64,000 bases of DNA, from NCBI GenBank assembly GCA_050010755.1, contig JBEKKK010000001.1, positions 128,001-192,000 on the forward strand, in the 5' to 3' direction. Shown here one piece after another: positions 9,436 through 18,349 of the stretch; positions within the stretch are counted from its first letter, which is position 1, and each line of letters opens with the position of its first letter. Source of the DNA: Candidatus Bathyarchaeia archaeon. Lineage in GTDB: Archaea; Thermoproteota; Bathyarchaeia; Bathyarchaeales; Bathycorpusculaceae. A program made the position numbers and the translations under genes. The notes beneath the pieces are model-generated. The model saw only the letters and a list, made by a program, of their open reading frames with translations, was not told the DNA's origin and searched no databases.

Positions 9436-10668
9436 CTATTCTTTCCAGTCGAGGAGCCTTCTTTCTCCTTCAATCTTTTTCAGGTCCGTGAGATCCTGTG
9501 TGACTTCCATTGTTCCGAGGTATTTTCCGCTTTTATTTCTCACTGCGAAGTACCTTATGTGGACCATGCGGTTGTTCATCCTTATCCAGAATTCGGCTGT
9601 GTTCTTTTCGCCGGTGGTGAAGGCTTCGATGATTTTGTTGACTATGTGGACGCTTTTCTGAGGGTGGCACAACTGCACGCTTCTGCCGATGACTGATTTA
9701 GTTCTCACGAATATTCTTTTTTCAGCCTTGTTGAAGTACTTCACGCGGTCGTCCTTGTCGATGAAGGAGATATCGATGGGCAATGTGTCGAGGATGGCCT
9801 CGGCCTCTTCTTTGGAGAGGCTGCCAGTTTCAAACTGCCACGTGTCTGCGGAGGGTTTGGAAGTTTTAGGTGCCGATTCTGCCGCTTGAAAAGCTGTTAG
9901 GACGTTAGGGGGTGTAAAATCTGGGTATCCAATCTCGTCGAATTCTGTTCTGATGTCTTCCCACTCTTTGTCGGTGACAACTTGGAGTGCAGTGGGGAAG
10001 AGTATGTTGTTTTCTTTGAAAAAGTGATCGGGAAGAAGGCTGCACAAGGGGCTTGCGTCTTTGCTTAAGCGTTTTTTGAAGTCGGGGTAGGGCATCGTGT
10101 TCCACTTTTCGACGGTGTTGTGGAGTTTCTTTTTTGTCTCCCTTATTTTGTTGTGTTCCATCCACATTATTGCTGGAGGTTCGGTGACTCCATGTTTTTC
10201 CATGGTTGGGAAAAGAACGTTTTCTTCTCGCAGATAATGTTTCTCTGAGTCCTGAAAATCTTTCACCAGGGTCTGAAGTTCCGTCAGCGCCTCGCCAACG
10301 TAGACTGAGTCACATGCTTCCTCTAACATTTTCACGAGGGTTTGCAGTCGTTCAGCCTTTTCTAGCATGACCCTGTGTTCTTCGATGAGTATGCTGATTG
10401 GATGGCCTGCGGGGATGTGTAGTTCTTGATCTTGAACCTGTTCGCCGAAAACGGCCAGATGAACGTCGCAGAGTCTTTGAAGCTCTTCTCTCGGCATTCC
10501 TTCTTTCACGAGTTCCTGCTCTATCTTGGCAATATCCTCGGGTTTTGTGCCCTTCAAAACTTCCTTAAATTTCTCCTTAACTTCGGTTGGTGACGCTCCA
10601 CCGTGTAATTCTTTGATTACTTCTTTCAACATTTTCTTCTTGTTGGCATTCGCCTTCGCCATCTTCAT
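9436..10668 (-). CDS. DUF438 / hemerythrin-like / PAS domain protein
   Basis: IAKIEQEL...RLCDVH (DUF438); HP...EH, HYLREENVLFP, MWMEH, HFFKENNILFP (hemerythrin); C-terminal PAS LPIDISFID...CHP. Start is ATG 10668 or TTG 10689. Confidence 0.88.
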   Translation of the reverse strand: MKMAKANANKKKMLKEVIKELHGGASPTEVKEKFKEVLKGTKPEDIAKIEQELVKEGMPREELQRLCDVHLAVFGEQVQDQELHIPAGHPISILIEEHRVMLEKAERLQTLVKMLEEACDSVYVGEALTELQTLVKDFQDSEKHYLREENVLFPTMEKHGVTEPPAIMWMEHNKIRETKKKLHNTVEKWNTMPYPDFKKRLSKDASPLCSLLPDHFFKENNILFPTALQVVTDKEWEDIRTEFDEIGYPDFTPPNVLTAFQAAESAPKTSKPSADTWQFETGSLSKEEAEAILDTLPIDISFIDKDDRVKYFNKAEKRIFVRTKSVIGRSVQLCHPQKSVHIVNKIIEAFTTGEKNTAEFWIRMNNRMVHIRYFAVRNKSGKYLGTMEVTQDLTDLKKIEGERRLLDWKE

Positions 10669-10722
10669 GCGCCTTCCCTGACGGCTCAAGTCATAGGTTT
10701 CTAGGTGATAAAAGTTTGGGAA

Positions 10723-11916
10723 TTACGGCATATTTTCCGATTTGATCTTGCTTGCGAGGGCCTTGCCGAATCCCACTATCTTGTCGATGTCGGCTTCGGT
10801 GGGCGGACCGTTTATTTCGAGTGCTCCGACGATTTCCATTTTTGTCGGTCCGAGTGTTTCTTGGATGTGTTTTATCGCTCCGCCGGCCCATCCGTAGGAG
10901 CTGAGGACCACTGCGTATTTTGTGGGTGGTTTCAGGGCTCTGACCAGATATGTCGCGTACATTGCTATGGGGTGAGCGCCGCCGAGAACCGTGGGGGTGC
11001 CTAGGACGATGGCTCTTGAGTCTACGAGGTCTTTTGCCACGTCGCCTATGTCGGCCGTGACCAAGTTGTGCCGTACGATTTCGATGCCTTCTGATTCCAA
11101 GAAGTCTGCGATGGTTCTAATCATCTTCTCTGTGCTGTTCCACATGGTTGCGTAGACTATGATTGCCTTCTGTTTGGTTTCGCCGTTTGACCATTTCCTG
11201 TAGGCTTGAAGTATGCGTTCTGGGTTTCTGTGTATTGGTCCATGGCTGGGAGCGATGATTTCAATCGGCAAGTCCTTTATCTTTTCCATTCCTTTCTGCG
11301 CGTTGAACCTGAACGGCATCATAATCTCGCCGAAGTACTTCTGAGCAAAAACGAGCAGGTCGCTGACTTCATCGTCGTAAACCCCTTCGGCCACGTGTGA
11401 GCCAAAGAAGTCGCATGGAAACAGGGTTTTGTTTTCCGAGACGTATGTGAACATGGTTTCGGGCCAGTGAAGCATTGGGGCCTCGATGAAGCGAAGCGTT
11501 TTGCCGCCTAAGTCGATGGTTTCTCCGTCGGCGACGGCTTTTATCCTGTTTTCGGGGACTTTGTAGAATGTTTGCGCCATCTTTGCGCCTCTGCTGGTAG
11601 CCACCAGTTTGGCTTTGCTGTTTATCGACATGATGTGGGGGATTGAACCCGCATGGTCGGGCTCAGCATGGTTCATTATCACGTAGTCCAGCTCGGCCGG
11701 GTCGGTGACTTTGCGGATTTTTTCTTCAAGCTCCTTTTCGAAGCCCGGGTTAACTGTGTCGATGAGGGCTTTCTTGTCTTCGCCTATCACGAGGTAAGCG
11801 TTGTAGGTTGTCCCCCTTGGAAGAGGGATTAGCGCGTCAAAAAGCCTGCGATTCCAGTCTCGGGAGCCTACCCAGTAAACGTTTTTTGAGATTTCAACAA
11901 CGTTCCGCCAGCTCAT
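10723..11916 (-). CDS. fprA: Flavodiiron protein (FprA, A-type flavoprotein; O2/NO reductase)
   Basis: GTTYNAY, HAEPDH, HWPE, CDFFGSH and PSHG di-iron ligands, flavodoxin TMWNST/SYGW. ATG 11916 follows an SD-like GAAGGTG. Confidence 0.93.
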   Translation of the reverse strand: MSWRNVVEISKNVYWVGSRDWNRRLFDALIPLPRGTTYNAYLVIGEDKKALIDTVNPGFEKELEEKIRKVTDPAELDYVIMNHAEPDHAGSIPHIMSINSKAKLVATSRGAKMAQTFYKVPENRIKAVADGETIDLGGKTLRFIEAPMLHWPETMFTYVSENKTLFPCDFFGSHVAEGVYDDEVSDLLVFAQKYFGEIMMPFRFNAQKGMEKIKDLPIEIIAPSHGPIHRNPERILQAYRKWSNGETKQKAIIVYATMWNSTEKMIRTIADFLESEGIEIVRHNLVTADIGDVAKDLVDSRAIVLGTPTVLGGAHPIAMYATYLVRALKPPTKYAVVLSSYGWAGGAIKHIQETLGPTKMEIVGALEINGPPTEADIDKIVGFGKALASKIKSENMP

Positions 11917-12053
11917 GTTATGCACCTTCAAATTTGTAATACGATTGTGATAAAGCATTGTTTATGCTTTTCGACAACGACACAGCGAAAAGCCCATGCA
12001 TGTTCATGACCATGCGAAGCGACAATGAGATGTGTTCTGCAGTTCGCGAGGTA

Positions 12054-12307
12054 CCGCCCCCTCCCCTTTTTTTCTTTACGTCTATTGTAATGTTGCATTG
12101 TAATGTGTAGGCGTAAATTTCCATGAATCGTGCAGTCTTCCGAAAAGGGTTGGAAATGGCACGCGTGTCAAACTCGGCCCCTCTGTGAGAGTTTAGATTG
12201 AGTTCCTGTTGAGATTTCAACGAGTGAACGGCAGGCTCCTCCCCTTTTTTCCTTTACATCAGACGTAATGTAGCCGTGTAATGTGTCAGCGTAAACGGTC
12301 ACGTTGC
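12054..12307 (-). repeat. Dispersed ~255-bp element, copy 2 (units 12234-12307 and 12054-12125), inverted relative to copy 1
   Basis: Reverse complement gives gcaacgtga..cattacacggctacattacgtctgatgtaaaggaaaaaaggggagg and catggaaa..cattacaatgcaacattacaatagacgtaaagaaaaaaaggggagggggc. The spacer shares ccgtt..ttgaaatct, ggccga and ttcgg..gcac with the copy 1 spacer. Confidence 0.85.
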
Positions 12308-12483
12308 GCGCGCCTATCTTGGGATACCTTAAGCTTTATATTTTCCACTCTGCTTTTGGCAACAAGAAAACAGGCGATCTAGCATGTTCGGTCGGCCTTC
12401 ACGCAGTCTCTTTTTTGGGAAAACGCCCTCGATGAGGGGTGCTTTGGACTGAGAGTGGGGATAGTTTTAGGAGAAGAGGAGCC

Positions 12484-13788
12484 ATGAGTTTAAAGTCGTA
12501 TACGTGCGTTTGTTTGTTGTTCTGCTCCGTTTTCCTCGTGGCGTTGGCGGGTTGTCTGGGACTTGTTATGAGGGGAGTTGCGCAGGGAAATTCAGGTCCG
12601 GTTGTGATAGTCAATTTTGACGTGCCGGTTGACCCCGGTTCTTCTGGCTTCTTTAGCAGAGCTGTCAACTATGCGATGGGACAGGGGGCGTCCGCGATAG
12701 TTATAGAGATGAACACTCCTGGCGGCTTGCTAAGCGACATGCTGTCGATAGTGACTTCGATAAACCAAACAGTAATTCCGACTTACACTTTTGTCGAGCC
12801 TAATGGTTTGGCAGCCTCGGCTGGAAGTTATATTGCGATGGCAACGAACGGGATTTACATGGCGCCGGGTTCCGAGATAGGCCCAAGCACACCCATCGTT
12901 GTCGGCGGCACAGACTTGGAACAAAACCACACTCAAGCGGCAATGCTGAATACTATGCTCGCTCTTGCTGAGAAATGGGGACGAAACAGCACAGACGCTT
13001 TTAACATGGTTCAGGCAGATGAGGCCTTCACAGCAAACCAAGCCGTCTCCGATCATCTGGTCGACGGGCTTGCAAACTCATTGAGCGACGTTATCACGCG
13101 GATAGGCCTTTCTGGCAGACAGCAGATCACGCTCAGCGAGTCTTTGTACGATGAGTTCGTAAGCGCGCTGAGCGACCCAACGCTCGACGGAATCCTTATT
13201 CTGCTGGGAATAGTGGCAATCGTGCTGGACTTCTACCATCCCACGATTATTCTCTCTATAGCCGGAGTCTTGGGCATAGCGATGGGGCTGATTGGTGCGG
13301 AGGTGATCGGCGCCTCTTTTCTCGGTTATCTGATCCTGGCGATCGCGGCGGTCCTGATCGTGCTGGAGCTGAAGTTGGGACACGGTTTTGCCATGATGGC
13401 AGGAGTGGCCCTCGGAGCGTTCGGCATATTTTACTTGGCACAAGGATTAAATTATTCGCCCTCGCCCATCACTGACGTAACAGAACTGGAGCTTTTCCTA
13501 GTCGTAATGGCCGGAGTAGTTGCTGGACTCTATTTTAGATGGATAATAGGGCCGATAATGCACCGCGGCAAACTAACCGGGCCGGAAGCAATACTCGGTA
13601 AGACCGGCATGGCCGTGACCGATCTGAAGCCAGACGGGGAAGTAAGGGTCGGAGGAATCGTTTGGAGGGCCAAGTCAATTCAAGGCGACATACAGAAAGG
13701 CGAATTGGTAAGAGTGAAGTCTCTTGAAGATCTCGTGCTGAAGGTCGAAAAATGCGACCAAGAGCCTTCGACGCAGACCAAGAAATAG
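12484..13788 (+). CDS. nfeD: NfeD/STOPP membrane-bound serine protease (long form)
   Basis: NTPGG, AASAG, GRN ClpP-like domain, TM bundle, C-terminal OB fold (TDLKPDGEVRVGGIVWRA), adjacent to stomatin. Start ATG 12484 (track: 12439). Confidence 0.92.
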   Translation: MSLKSYTCVCLLFCSVFLVALAGCLGLVMRGVAQGNSGPVVIVNFDVPVDPGSSGFFSRAVNYAMGQGASAIVIEMNTPGGLLSDMLSIVTSINQTVIPTYTFVEPNGLAASAGSYIAMATNGIYMAPGSEIGPSTPIVVGGTDLEQNHTQAAMLNTMLALAEKWGRNSTDAFNMVQADEAFTANQAVSDHLVDGLANSLSDVITRIGLSGRQQITLSESLYDEFVSALSDPTLDGILILLGIVAIVLDFYHPTIILSIAGVLGIAMGLIGAEVIGASFLGYLILAIAAVLIVLELKLGHGFAMMAGVALGAFGIFYLAQGLNYSPSPITDVTELELFLVVMAGVVAGLYFRWIIGPIMHRGKLTGPEAILGKTGMAVTDLKPDGEVRVGGIVWRAKSIQGDIQKGELVRVKSLEDLVLKVEKCDQEPSTQTKK

Positions 13789-13864
13789 CGTGAACCAGCA
13801 CTTTTTTCTATCATGGCAAAATTAATAAGTGAAGAGCTTTCTCTCAAAGTTAGGGTGATTCTGG

Positions 13865-14677
13865 ACGGATCCCGTCGTTCTAGGCATAGAGATTTTTGTG
13901 ATTCTGATCGTTCTAATCATTCTTCTGAGCGGCATTAGAATTCTCAGAGAATGGGAGAGAGCTCCACTGCTCACCCTGGGCCGATACAAAGGACTCAAGG
14001 GGCCAGGAGTAATTTACATTCCGCCAATCATCAGCCGCGTGCCTTTTGTAATATCAACCAGGCTGCAGGTAGTCTCATTCAAGACGGAGCAGACTCTCAC
14101 CAAGGACAACGTGCCCGTAGTAGTCGACGCCGTAATGTACTTTCAACCCGTAGACCTGCAGAAAGTCGTATTGGGCGCAGAGAACTTCCGAGACGCCACC
14201 GATTTTGCGGCACAAACCACCCTGAGAGAAGTTATCGGACAGGCAACCTTCGACGAAGTGCTCACCGAAAGAGAAAAAGTTGGGTCAATCGCAAGGGGCA
14301 TAATCGACTCAAAAACGGAAGCCTGGGGCATAAAAGTAACTGCCGTAGAAATCCGGGACGTCGGAATTCCACAGGTGCTACAAGACGCCATGTCAAGACA
14401 GGCCCAAGCCGAAAGAGAGAGAAGAGCAAGAGTCACGCTGGCCACGGCAGAATTCGAAGCCGCACAAAAGATGATTGAAGCCGCAAACCTCTACGAAAAA
14501 AGCCACGAAGCCCTCAGGCTCCGATGGATGAACATACTATACGAGATCGGACAACAATCCAGCACAAACACGATAATGCTCGTCCCCTCGTCCATGCCAG
14601 AAGCAGGATGGCCACCGATAGGCATGTTCGGCTTCAAGGAAATAGCCAAAGAAACGACAAAGAAAGAAACTAAATAA
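13865..14677 (+). CDS. Stomatin/SPFH (band 7) family protein
   Basis: EWER..LGR..GPG, TKDNV.V.VDAV, AQTTLREVIG, WGIKVTAVEIRDV, AMSRQAQAERERRA. Start is GTG 13898 or possibly ACG 13865. Confidence 0.93.
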   Translation, partial: TDPVVLGIEIFVILIVLIILLSGIRILREWERAPLLTLGRYKGLKGPGVIYIPPIISRVPFVISTRLQVVSFKTEQTLTKDNVPVVVDAVMYFQPVDLQKVVLGAENFRDATDFAAQTTLREVIGQATFDEVLTEREKVGSIARGIIDSKTEAWGIKVTAVEIRDVGIPQVLQDAMSRQAQAERERRARVTLATAEFEAAQKMIEAANLYEKSHEALRLRWMNILYEIGQQSSTNTIMLVPSSMPEAGWPPIGMFGFKEIAKETTKKETK

Positions 14678-14769
14678 ACACTCCAACGGCCCGAGCACAC
14701 AAGCCCAAACACCCTACAATTTCTGTCTTTTTATTGTACGCTAAACATGGTTTGATTGGTTCGTCTGGG

Positions 14770-16830
14770 ATGAAGGAGAAGAAAACTCTCGTTTCTTTGA
14801 GCGTTTTTCTAAGTCTGATTATTTTTTCTGCGAGCTGTGTGAATGCTGGAAAATCGTTGACGGATTCGAAGGTCTTCGCGATTGAACTGCCTGAAATCAA
14901 TCTGAATCAGACCGCGGATATGCGACTGATTTTTCTCGGTATCCCCTCAGGACAAATAGATCAAACAGCATTGTTTGATCAGGTTGCACAGAACTTCAGC
15001 CAGTTTACAGGCACTATGAGCGTCATCTGGAACCTTAATTACACATGCGATTTCTATCCGTTTCCTCAGAACATCACAGACTCATTGGTGGCCAATGCGT
15101 TCAGCTCCCAAGGAATCCTGTATTTTAACACTTCACTTCTAGATGAGCTGATGTTCAATGTTTCGGAATTTGCAATTCCAACGCATGGATACGAGCTGAC
15201 GTTTATGTCGATGTCCAACGCGCCTGATCACTCATGGTTCTACGTTCCAGAAAGCCCTGACCTCCTGCTGAACTTGACAACGATAACTCCCTCAGGAAAT
15301 TACACTGGCTCAACTTTTCCACCAAACTTCGGGGGAATACACAGATCAATCTACTATGACATGAGCACGTTGATGAATCAAAACCCTACCGGAACAAATG
15401 TGACGGACAAAGTCGCTGAGTTCATAAGCAACAGTCTAGCGCTCGTGTTTCCCACGTCAATGGGATCTCTGGATCCCTCATTTGCGGCTGCGGACTCCCA
15501 GACGTACAGCAACTATCAGGTGAAGATACTGTGGATTAACGGAACAGGAGAACAGCTTCCACTTGAAACCATACGAGAAGAGTTCGAGAGTCTAATGCCA
15601 TGGACGAACTGGACGGTGACGCTGCAAACGAGGCCTGCAGAGGAAGACCTGAACAACCTTGTCGAAAGTCTAACAGTTGACTTCCCGACACCTTCAAACT
15701 ACTCAAACATCTTTCCGAACGGAAGCAGCATCAATTTCGAGGCAAAGAGGGGCTTGACCTGGTTACCAGGTGGTGATGTCCAATTTGCAGAAAGCTACCC
15801 TTTGACCACCTACTTCAATAGCCGTCTCAACGACTATTTCGGCGTCACGGATCTGAATGATAAGTCCGTTATTCCTGTGGTGTTGCTGCAACTGGATAAT
15901 GACACAGAAATCGTTGGGGACGGATTAGGCGCAGGAACATCCTTGTTTCCGGACAACCTGATACTCACCGGCTTTGACGGCAGCTATTTCACAACCATGG
16001 GAGAGCTCGGCCCCTTGACTCTAGAGGAGTTACTGTTGCATGAGATCGGCCACTGGCTAAGTTTAACGCATGAATACTCGACTGGCCCTACGCAAGATCA
16101 AATAGGAATCATCGACCCAATGAGCAACATTGGCTTTGCAGTATTCGCGCCCAGTTTCTGTGCGTTCTGCAGGGATTCACGCGCGAGGATGAGCTTCATA
16201 TCGTATTATGACCAGACCGTTGAACTTCTGTCTCAGGACGAAACGATGGCTTCAGACTTGGAAGGTGAACTGAATGATTCGCTTCAGCTCTTCTACGATT
16301 GGAATTACTCTGCGGCGGTGGAGAATATCGCTTCTGTCTATTCCAGTCTTACGACTCCTCCCTCGATACTCGCCGTTTGGCAGACGCCCCTTGAAAGTAG
16401 TGTCTATCCTGAAAACGAAGTTCAGGTCTGGACAAATGTCACTGCCAACACCAGTGGATTGAAGAGTGTTATCCTGAACTACACGATCGACAACAGAACT
16501 TGGAACGAGGTCAACATGACGAACGTTGAGGGAATCACTTGGAATGGCGTTATCCCACCCTACCCGCTCGGAACAAACGTGACCTACGTTATCGTAGCCC
16601 AGAACGAGTTCAACAATGTGACAACTTCACAGACAATGGGCTTTCAATACGGGTACACAGTGACACCCGAGTTTCCATCTGTAATTCTGACGGGCATCAC
16701 GCTGACAACGCTTGCAGCCATAGTAGCTAACAAAAAAACGCGGCTCAAGCTGTCCATAAAACGGCAGCATGCGCGCTTTTGTTCACGGGTCTTGCCAAGA
16801 CGCGCACGGGTTACAAGGTGTGTCAGCTGA
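14770..16830 (+). CDS. Secreted metzincin-like zinc metalloprotease with PEF-CTERM sorting signal
   Basis: Signal peptide, HEIGHWLSLTH (HExxHxxxxxH) followed by DPMS Met-turn-like motif, Ig-like C-terminal domain, TPEFPS + TM + basic tail, many N-x-S/T sequons. Confidence 0.72.
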   Translation: MKEKKTLVSLSVFLSLIIFSASCVNAGKSLTDSKVFAIELPEINLNQTADMRLIFLGIPSGQIDQTALFDQVAQNFSQFTGTMSVIWNLNYTCDFYPFPQNITDSLVANAFSSQGILYFNTSLLDELMFNVSEFAIPTHGYELTFMSMSNAPDHSWFYVPESPDLLLNLTTITPSGNYTGSTFPPNFGGIHRSIYYDMSTLMNQNPTGTNVTDKVAEFISNSLALVFPTSMGSLDPSFAAADSQTYSNYQVKILWINGTGEQLPLETIREEFESLMPWTNWTVTLQTRPAEEDLNNLVESLTVDFPTPSNYSNIFPNGSSINFEAKRGLTWLPGGDVQFAESYPLTTYFNSRLNDYFGVTDLNDKSVIPVVLLQLDNDTEIVGDGLGAGTSLFPDNLILTGFDGSYFTTMGELGPLTLEELLLHEIGHWLSLTHEYSTGPTQDQIGIIDPMSNIGFAVFAPSFCAFCRDSRARMSFISYYDQTVELLSQDETMASDLEGELNDSLQLFYDWNYSAAVENIASVYSSLTTPPSILAVWQTPLESSVYPENEVQVWTNVTANTSGLKSVILNYTIDNRTWNEVNMTNVEGITWNGVIPPYPLGTNVTYVIVAQNEFNNVTTSQTMGFQYGYTVTPEFPSVILTGITLTTLAAIVANKKTRLKLSIKRQHARFCSRVLPRRARVTRCVS

Positions 16831-17386
16831 GAAACTCGGAGACTTCATCAAGGGACTTTCTGGATTTCGGCTGCGGAGTCTCTGCAGGCCAGCCGAGGGT
16901 TATTGCGGCCACTAGTTTCCACGTTTTGTGGAGATGTTTGGTGAGTGCTTGCGATGCGTAGTAGATGTCGCATATCCATAGTGAGCCCAAGCCCTTGTCG
17001 TAGGCTTTTAGCAGCATGTTTTCTGTGGCTGCTGCTACGCTCTGCAACGAAGACTCGCTCATCTGCGTCACCTCGTTAGAATCCCAGACAAAGACAAGGA
17101 CTGGTGCCTCTTCCATTATGCGGCAGGAGTTGAATGATGATCCCATCCTAGCGATGCCTATCCTTGTCGATAATTTTTCGAGTTCGTTACGGAAGAGTGT
17201 GGTCAACTCTTTCTTGGATGAGCCGGTGAGCACTGTGAATCGCCATTGTTGACCGTTCTTGGCTGATGGTGCCCATGTTCCTGCTTCCAGTACTTCGCGG
17301 ATAGCCTGCATGGGAACAGGTTTTTCAGTATACTTGCGCACGCTCCGCCTTCCCTTTATAGCCTCGTCGACATCCATGGAGACCAA
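16823..17386 (-). CDS. Nitroreductase family protein
   Basis: RRSVRKY, WAPSAKNGQQWRF, ENMLLKA..GLGSLW, LGWP. Confidence 0.92.
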   Translation of the reverse strand: MVSMDVDEAIKGRRSVRKYTEKPVPMQAIREVLEAGTWAPSAKNGQQWRFTVLTGSSKKELTTLFRNELEKLSTRIGIARMGSSFNSCRIMEEAPVLVFVWDSNEVTQMSESSLQSVAAATENMLLKAYDKGLGSLWICDIYYASQALTKHLHKTWKLVAAITLGWPAETPQPKSRKSLDEVSEFLS

Positions 17387-17413
17387 CCTCAGGTTACTTG
17401 AGTTTTAGGCTTC

Positions 17414-18268
17414 TTAAGAATTCTGGTCTGCCAGTGAGGACGTTGGTCGGCGTTTCTGTTTGGTTTTTTTGTTTGTGATGTTGAACCCGCGTTTTTCAAG
17501 CTGGTTCAGCAGTTCTTTCGGGTTGGGGTACCATTGTCCCCATTTTCGGCATATGTGTTCTGTCCAGCTGTAGTTGTCATAGGTGAAAGCTTCTTTTCTC
17601 TTGCCTTCCAAGGGTATCTTTGCTTTTGCTTTGCAGTAATAGTCCTGGGCCAGGTAGCCGTCGTCCATTTGTTTCATCGCTTTCGTGACCATCTTTGTGT
17701 TCAGCTCTGGGTATTTGTCTTCGAAGAGTGTGAATTCCATTGGGTATCTGGGTCGGGCAGGCGGGTCTTCTGCGGGGTAGCCGATGGTCAACTGTACGAG
17801 TGGAAAAACTCTTTCGGGCAATTGATATTCTTCTGCGATTTTGTCCGCTCGGAACATTGCGGAGCCGAGGAAGCAGCTTCCAAGGCCTAGGCTTCGTGCA
17901 GCGGTGACCATGTTCTCGGCCATGTAGGCGGCGTCTTGAATTCCGAAAAACAGCAGGGTCAGGTCGTTCGTGACGAGCTCCCAACCTCTTCTTGCCATTA
18001 TCTGCTCAAACTTGTGAGAGTCAACGCAAATCGTGAACAACAGCGGGGCCTTGAAGGGGTTTCGCTTTCTGTTTCTCGAAAGCAGGACACTGTAGAACTG
18101 CGATGCGAAGGGAGCTTGCTGACCTGCTCTCACGATAGTCTCAACCGTCTTGTCCGTGGGAGTCTGCTCAGTGTATTTTCTAATCGATTTGTGATCAAGC
18201 ATTGTTTGAATGACTGGATTATTTTTCATTGAAAGATCTCTCCCTGATTCCAAATGTCTCATTGACAC
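17414..18268 (-). CDS. Nitroreductase family protein (NfsA/Frp-like)
   Basis: HKSIRKY, AGQQAP, DAAYMAENM..AA.SLGLGSCFLG, IGYP, RPRYP. Confidence 0.88.
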   Translation of the reverse strand: MSMRHLESGRDLSMKNNPVIQTMLDHKSIRKYTEQTPTDKTVETIVRAGQQAPFASQFYSVLLSRNRKRNPFKAPLLFTICVDSHKFEQIMARRGWELVTNDLTLLFFGIQDAAYMAENMVTAARSLGLGSCFLGSAMFRADKIAEEYQLPERVFPLVQLTIGYPAEDPPARPRYPMEFTLFEDKYPELNTKMVTKAMKQMDDGYLAQDYYCKAKAKIPLEGKRKEAFTYDNYSWTEHICRKWGQWYPNPKELLNQLEKRGFNITNKKTKQKRRPTSSLADQNS

Positions 18269-18349
18269 GTCAATAAGTATGGTTTAGCTGCCGTTAAGTA
18301 ATTTATCGTCGGCGAGAAAAGACAAATCGCATGCTGGCTGAGCGTCTTT

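Noticed and set aside
594-9661. Numerous plus-strand ORFs opposite the superoperon
   Set aside because: They are antisense shadows of clearly identified genes.
155-12307. Composite transposon bounded by the inverted elements
   Set aside because: The enclosed genes are core housekeeping genes, and no transposase or target-site duplication is evident.
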